Below are positions 32,278-36,035 of a stretch of 36,035 bases of DNA, piece by piece. The DNA comes from a virus. The position numbers and the translations under genes are program-made. The notes under the pieces were generated by a model. That model was given only the letters and a program-made list of their open reading frames with translations. It had not been told where the DNA came from and did no database searches. Where the stretch lies: IMG/VR virus record IMGVR_UViG_3300020129_000291. One strand, written 5' to 3'. Numbering within the stretch: position 1 is the first letter of the stretch; each line of letters opens with the position of its first letter.

Positions 32278-33840
32278 TTAGCCCATCCAAGAACCGCCAC
32301 CGAAGCCGCGGACCCGCTCCGCTTCCGGTTGCGGTGGCGGCGGTGCCACGAACGCCGCAAACGTCAAGGCGAGCGCGTCCCCGAAGTCCGGCGAGGCGAT
32401 ACCCCGCTTCACCATGTCCTGCTTGCTCTCGATCACTAACTGTTCTTTCTGGTTCAGGTGATAGCCCGGGCCCGTGAGATCCGTTTCCAGGATGTTGTCT
32501 GAGGGAATCGCGCCCTTGAGCAGCCACTCCTTCATGCGCGACCACATGTACGCGCGCATGTTCGCCTGGTGCCGGTCGTGTGAAGGTGCGCCAAAGTTCA
32601 CTTCCTGTACGTTGTCGAAACCCATCGCGCGCAGCCGTTCGACGTAGACCGCGCCGAAGGCCGAATCGACAAACATCATTGCGACCTTATGCGTCGGCCG
32701 CCGGTCGCTCAAAATCTCGGTCAGTTTCGCCAGCATCACGCTACGGTCGCGCGTATCCTCGCCCGAAATTCGGATTGCGGGGATAGTGCGCGCGTCGAGA
32801 CCGCGGCGGAAGGCAATCACGTTCCATGCTCCGGAGCCATGCGTCTCCCGCCGCGCCTCACCGGTTGGCGCGTCGCTTCGCGCACCCGGTAGATTGAACA
32901 TTCCGCCGCGGCCTGCGACGTCAAAACCCGCAATGAGCGGATCATCGGGAAAACTGGACGGCTCGCGCAACTGCGCCTGCCAGACTCTCTCCTGGTCGAT
33001 GTATTGCAATTCGCCTGCTCTGGGTGCGATGCCGCGGACGCGGACCCGTACAAAGTCGGAATCCTCGCCGTAGTCGCGTATCCACTCATCGAGAAGTGAC
33101 TTGTTCGTGAACCGGGCGGTGCGGCTGTCAATGATCTTTTGCCGCCACCGGTCCCGTTCATTGCCGAATACGATGCGGTGAAATTTGCCGGTGTTTCTGG
33201 TGGGGTTGCCCCACGCAAAAATCATCGGCTCGCCGTCCGTTAACCCGCCCTCCGCGGCGTTCCAAATCTCATCGGGGATGGCGCTCGCTTCATCGAACAG
33301 GTACCAACTGGTCGACCGCGCCGCATGCTGCCCGTGAAAGGCTTCGGAGTTCTCTCGCCGGCAGGTTTGCGCGGTGACAAACCAAGACTCCGGAGCCGCC
33401 TTGGCGAATATCTTTTCCTGTCCGGCCTGGAACCAGTGCGCGGTGATGCACATGCGCGTCCACTTGAGGATCGCGGGCCAGGTCTTTGTCGAGAGTTGCG
33501 CAAACGTGTTGCTGGTGACGGTGCCCTGTGAGTTGGGACGGGTCGAAAGAATCCAGTTGCAGAGCCACCCTGAGCATGTACTCTTTCCGATGCCGTGGCC
33601 TGAACTGATGGCCTGACGCAGCGGCAGTACGCCATTGAGCCCGTCGAAGCCGCGGCGCCGCACCTCCGCACCAATCTCGGCGAGTAGTTCCCGTTGCCAG
33701 TCGTCCGGCCCGTCATAGGCTTCCAGCGGCCCGCGTTCGCGCCAGGGGTAGGCGGCCAGGACGAAGCCGAGCGGATCATCTTTAAACTGCGCGATGAAAT
33801 CAACGAGTTCGCCTTCGATCGCGACTGCCGAAAGGCTCAT
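32278..33840 (-). CDS. terL: Terminase large subunit.
   Basis: Walker A SSGHGIGKST, Walker B WYLFDEAS, and a C-terminal nuclease-like half with FDVAGRG and MMFVDSAFG. 520 aa, upstream of the portal. Confidence 0.9.
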   Translation of the reverse strand: MSLSAVAIEGELVDFIAQFKDDPLGFVLAAYPWRERGPLEAYDGPDDWQRELLAEIGAEVRRRGFDGLNGVLPLRQAISSGHGIGKSTCSGWLCNWILSTRPNSQGTVTSNTFAQLSTKTWPAILKWTRMCITAHWFQAGQEKIFAKAAPESWFVTAQTCRRENSEAFHGQHAARSTSWYLFDEASAIPDEIWNAAEGGLTDGEPMIFAWGNPTRNTGKFHRIVFGNERDRWRQKIIDSRTARFTNKSLLDEWIRDYGEDSDFVRVRVRGIAPRAGELQYIDQERVWQAQLREPSSFPDDPLIAGFDVAGRGGMFNLPGARSDAPTGEARRETHGSGAWNVIAFRRGLDARTIPAIRISGEDTRDRSVMLAKLTEILSDRRPTHKVAMMFVDSAFGAVYVERLRAMGFDNVQEVNFGAPSHDRHQANMRAYMWSRMKEWLLKGAIPSDNILETDLTGPGYHLNQKEQLVIESKQDMVKRGIASPDFGDALALTFAAFVAPPPPQPEAERVRGFGGGSWMG

Positions 33841-34031
33841 TCATCAACGGGCGCGCATCTGATCCGCGCGTACCATTCCGCGGTGTCTGGGTCCATATCG
33901 CGGTTAACCGTCCGCATGGCGAAGAACTGTTCCACCGTGTCGCCGTCCGCATCTTCGATCGGCACATGAACGACTATCACGAGTTCATCGTCCAGGTGCG
34001 TGATTGCCTTTCGAAGATCGCCGATGGTCAT
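33837..34031 (-). CDS. Hypothetical small acidic protein.
   Basis: 64-aa ORF, ATGA-coupled to TerL and to the upstream gene. Confidence 0.5.
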   Translation of the reverse strand: MTIGDLRKAITHLDDELVIVVHVPIEDADGDTVEQFFAMRTVNRDMDPDTAEWYARIRCAPVDE

Positions 34032-34327
34032 AGGTGCGGCTCGCTCGCACGTTCGCCGCAGTGCCGCTTAAAGGCCCAGACCCGCGGCGGGTTGGTGTCG
34101 GTTTCGGCATGATGGATGTCTGATTGCGGATTGCCACGATGCGCAAAAAGCGCATAATCATCACCGTGGCTTTCAAGCAATATCCGCATCAGGCGCCCGT
34201 CGCTGCGACGCCTGATAAAGCGGACATTCGCGGCCGCGGCAAGCTGGCGCACACGTGCGGCGTCCGCATATTCGAGCAGCCCGTATTGGGTGAACACGGG
34301 CACTTTCACGGCTTGGGGAAGAGACAC
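34028..34327 (-). CDS. Hypothetical protein, first gene of the late operon (a small terminase role is not demonstrable).
   Basis: 99-aa ORF coupled to the next gene. No recognisable motif. Confidence 0.45.
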   Translation of the reverse strand: MSLPQAVKVPVFTQYGLLEYADAARVRQLAAAANVRFIRRRSDGRLMRILLESHGDDYALFAHRGNPQSDIHHAETDTNPPRVWAFKRHCGERASEPHL

Positions 34328-34434
34328 AGAAATTCTGATGTAGGGGAAGGGCGGACTATTGGAACAACGGGAAACCGGTCCGGCGGCTCGCTTTTGCGTT
34401 GCGCTAATCGTAGCAGAAGGGAAGGGAAGAGGGA

Positions 34435-34572
34435 ATGCTTTCGCTAAAAGTGGTGTTGATGATTCTGGCCCTGGTCGCGTTCGTGCTGGCCGCTGTCGGC
34501 ATATCCACGCCGCGCGTGAACCTGATTGCGTTGGGACTGAGTTTATGGGTACTGGCCTTGCTTGTGACGTGA
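34435..34572 (+). CDS. Small two-helix membrane protein (45 aa, not in the ORF track).
   Basis: MLSLKVVLMILALVAFVLAAVGISTPRVNLIALGLSLWVLALLVT, preceded by GAAGGGAAGAGGGA. Preferred over the overlapping Arg/Gly-rich track ORF 34359..34595. Confidence 0.5.
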   Translation: MLSLKVVLMILALVAFVLAAVGISTPRVNLIALGLSLWVLALLVT

Positions 34573-34643
34573 CGAAACGGCTACAAAAGAGGTGAGGCGG
34601 AAGTCACTCGAATGACTTCCGCCAATGGACAAAACACAGGACT

Positions 34644-35138
34644 ATGAAACCAGAATATCTCAGTAAACAGATTGCGGCGCAACGGCTCGGCCTGAGCGTG
34701 CGCCGCGTTCTTGAACTTTCGAGCGCTGGAAAGATCCGGCGTACCCGGGAGGTCGACCCAGCCACCGGACGCGAAAATACCGTCCTGCTGGCTGCGGACG
34801 TCGCCCGTCTCACCAGGAACGCAGTGAACGCCGTGAACGGTGTGTTTCCTGCGTCTGGAGGTGCGGCGGAAGTGCGGCTCGCCCGCCCAAACCTCGCACT
34901 TCCGCCGATCGAGCCCCCGGCGCCGCGGCTCTGGATGACCGCGGCCGAGGCGGCCGAGTATTCCGGCTTACCGGCAAGTTTCCTGGTCCACGCGATCGAT
35001 ACCGGCGCCCTGCTGGCCCTGGACGTCGGCGTACGTCCCGGTGGCCGGTACCGGATCAGACGGGCGGATATCGACGCGATGGAAGGTCAGAAACTGGCCG
35101 TCAAACCGGTCCCAGGAATTTTACGGAGGAAGAAATAG
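34644..35138 (+). CDS. Tandem excisionase-type HTH DNA-binding protein (candidate excisionase or regulator).
   Basis: Two HTH modules: KQIAAQRLGLSVRRVLELSSAGKIRRTRE and WMTAAEAAEYSGLPASFLVHAIDTGALLALDVGVRPGGRYRIRRADIDAM. Confidence 0.65.
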   Translation: MKPEYLSKQIAAQRLGLSVRRVLELSSAGKIRRTREVDPATGRENTVLLAADVARLTRNAVNAVNGVFPASGGAAEVRLARPNLALPPIEPPAPRLWMTAAEAAEYSGLPASFLVHAIDTGALLALDVGVRPGGRYRIRRADIDAMEGQKLAVKPVPGILRRKK

Positions 35139-35178
35139 TGAAACACGGGATATCGAATACAGTGTTAATTCGTTTCCC

Positions 35179-35190
35179 TAAGAATTCTTA
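35179..35190. promoter_or_regulatory. Perfect 12-bp palindrome TAAGAATTCTTA, followed by AGCGCC and a GC hairpin.
   Basis: Read directly, 41 nt after the stop of 34644..35138. CCGGGG...CCCCGG arms lie at 35195-35220. Confidence 0.3.
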
Positions 35191-35781
35191 AGCGCCGGGG
35201 TTGCGCGTGAACGCCCCCGGGAATATGGTTAGGAAGTCTTTACGGCGGGAGTGGTATTTCCGTCCGAGCGAGCGCTTCCGAGAGGAGGTGTTCCCGGGGA
35301 ATGCTGTGCCGCAAAGGCATAAATCTTGTTACAGCGGAAACGTGTTATGCTTTTTTTCGCTCGGCTCGCTACCGGGTAGTTTAAAGGAACGGAACGGCGG
35401 CTGTGCCCCTGTCCCACAGGGGTTCTTACCACGGTCGCCTTCCAACCCTCTTCGTAAGAGAGAGGGGAGAGACCACGAAAACCTATCGCCAATTCGGGAC
35501 CGGAACGACAAAGCACGCAGATACGCGACCTGCGCCTATCGCACAGCGGCCGGTGAGATGGAAGAAAACGCCCCGAACGCAGAAAACCGGACAGCTTTCG
35601 CTGCCCGGTCTCGATACTCCTAAAAATTTGGGCCTTCCTGAGATACCACCCTAATTTTCTATTTCAGTTGATGTGCCGCGCTAAACCCCTTCGCCGGAAA
35701 CCTAGCGCAGCCGATCGCGACGAAAACCAACAACAGAAAACCCGAGCGCACTTGGGGAGGCCTAAGCGCATCATGGCACAA

Positions 35782-35831
35782 ATAAGCGCTTATCCCAAAT
35801 CCCCAAACGTAATTTATAAAACATGTTTTAT
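35782..35831. promoter_or_regulatory. Two perfect palindromes upstream of the early operon: ATAAGCGCTTAT (35782-35793) and ATAAAACATGTTTTAT (35816-35831).
   Basis: Read directly. They lie ~110-160 nt upstream of the ATG of the first rightward gene, across the circular junction. Confidence 0.45.
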
Positions 35832-35908
35832 GGGGGATAGGGATGGCAACAGCGGCAATTGAACCGAGGAACAGACGCGAAACTGAGATTCCAATATCGA
35901 AGCCGCGG

Positions 35909-36035
35909 CAATTATACAAAGACGCAAAGCACTGGGCAAAGATGCCACGCTCCACCATCCTTCGTCGCATGGCGGCCGACCAGCCGCTGATTAACCGGGT
36001 CTATTACGCCTGCGTGCTGTGGAGCGTTTGCGGCC
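35909..36035. repeat. Terminal overlap, copy 2 (identical to 1-127).
   Basis: Same 127 nt as the window start. It contains a second copy of the ATG and first 31 codons of ORF 34..1185. Confidence 0.95.

Larger units (their letters stand above)
1..35908. mobile_element. Complete tailed-phage genome, probably temperate, with a P22-like podovirus-type morphogenesis module.
   Basis: Circular closure. TerL, portal, scaffold, P22-type coat, gp10-like hub, tail fibres and ejection proteins lie on one strand, with tyrosine recombinases and small early genes elsewhere. No cellular housekeeping genes. Confidence 0.8.

Noticed and set aside
34359-34595. 78-aa track ORF upstream of the tandem-HTH gene.
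   Set aside because: It is Arg/Gly-rich and not protein-like. The overlapping 45-aa frame (34435..34572) has a purine-rich SD and two clean transmembrane helices, so it was preferred.
35659-35970. 103-aa minus-strand ORF crossing into the terminal duplicate, and the 140-aa plus-strand ORF 35201..35623.
   Set aside because: Their composition is not protein-like (Cys/Phe/Arg-rich). They sit in the palindrome-rich control region, and one runs into the duplicated end. They are treated as non-coding.
1-36035. Search for tRNA/tmRNA, rRNA, CRISPR arrays, a reverse transcriptase (DGR or retron) and transposase/IS ends.
   Set aside because: There are no T-loop/acceptor-like cloverleaf candidates, no regularly spaced direct repeats with unique spacers, no YxDD-type RT ORF, and no transposase-like ORF or terminal inverted repeats. 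The short repeats found are operator-scale only.

Overview
The window is a complete, circularly closed genome of a tailed dsDNA phage. Bases 1-127 recur exactly at 35909-36035, so the unique length is 35,908 bp. GC content is high and the host is unknown.

Gene layout:
- A rightward early operon (34-4746) of small, translationally coupled genes. These include HTH regulators, an HNH endonuclease and a MerR-like protein.
- A short leftward operon (6033-4715) and a rightward operon (6190-8237), which diverge from a repeat-rich control region.
- A lower-GC accessory/lysogeny block (8269-10972). It holds an unknown 317-aa gene and two divergent, paralogous short tyrosine recombinases, one fused to a T5orf172 (GIY-YIG-like) domain.
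- One roughly 23-kb leftward morphogenesis operon (34327-11109) that ends at a clear intrinsic terminator. In order it encodes TerL, a Pro-rich repeat protein, a P22-like portal, an embedded C5 DNA methyltransferase, a scaffold, a P22-like coat, small paralogous head proteins, adaptor-like proteins, two tail fibres, a gp10-like hub, a GNAT and three internal/ejection proteins.

Most notable observations:
- The recombinase pair and its T5orf172 fusion.
- A C5 methyltransferase whose conserved motifs are spread over three reading frames.
- An opposite-strand SAM methyltransferase and a zinc-ribbon mini-ORF inside the late operon.
- A 1005-aa polyvalent-type ejection protein with a ParB-like module.
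- A frameshifted conserved mini-gene.
- A roughly 770-bp non-coding region with perfect palindromes and phased AGCGC sites.

No tRNA, rRNA, CRISPR array, reverse transcriptase, DNA polymerase or recognisable endolysin was seen. All family assignments come from motif recognition by eye and need HMM or structure confirmation.
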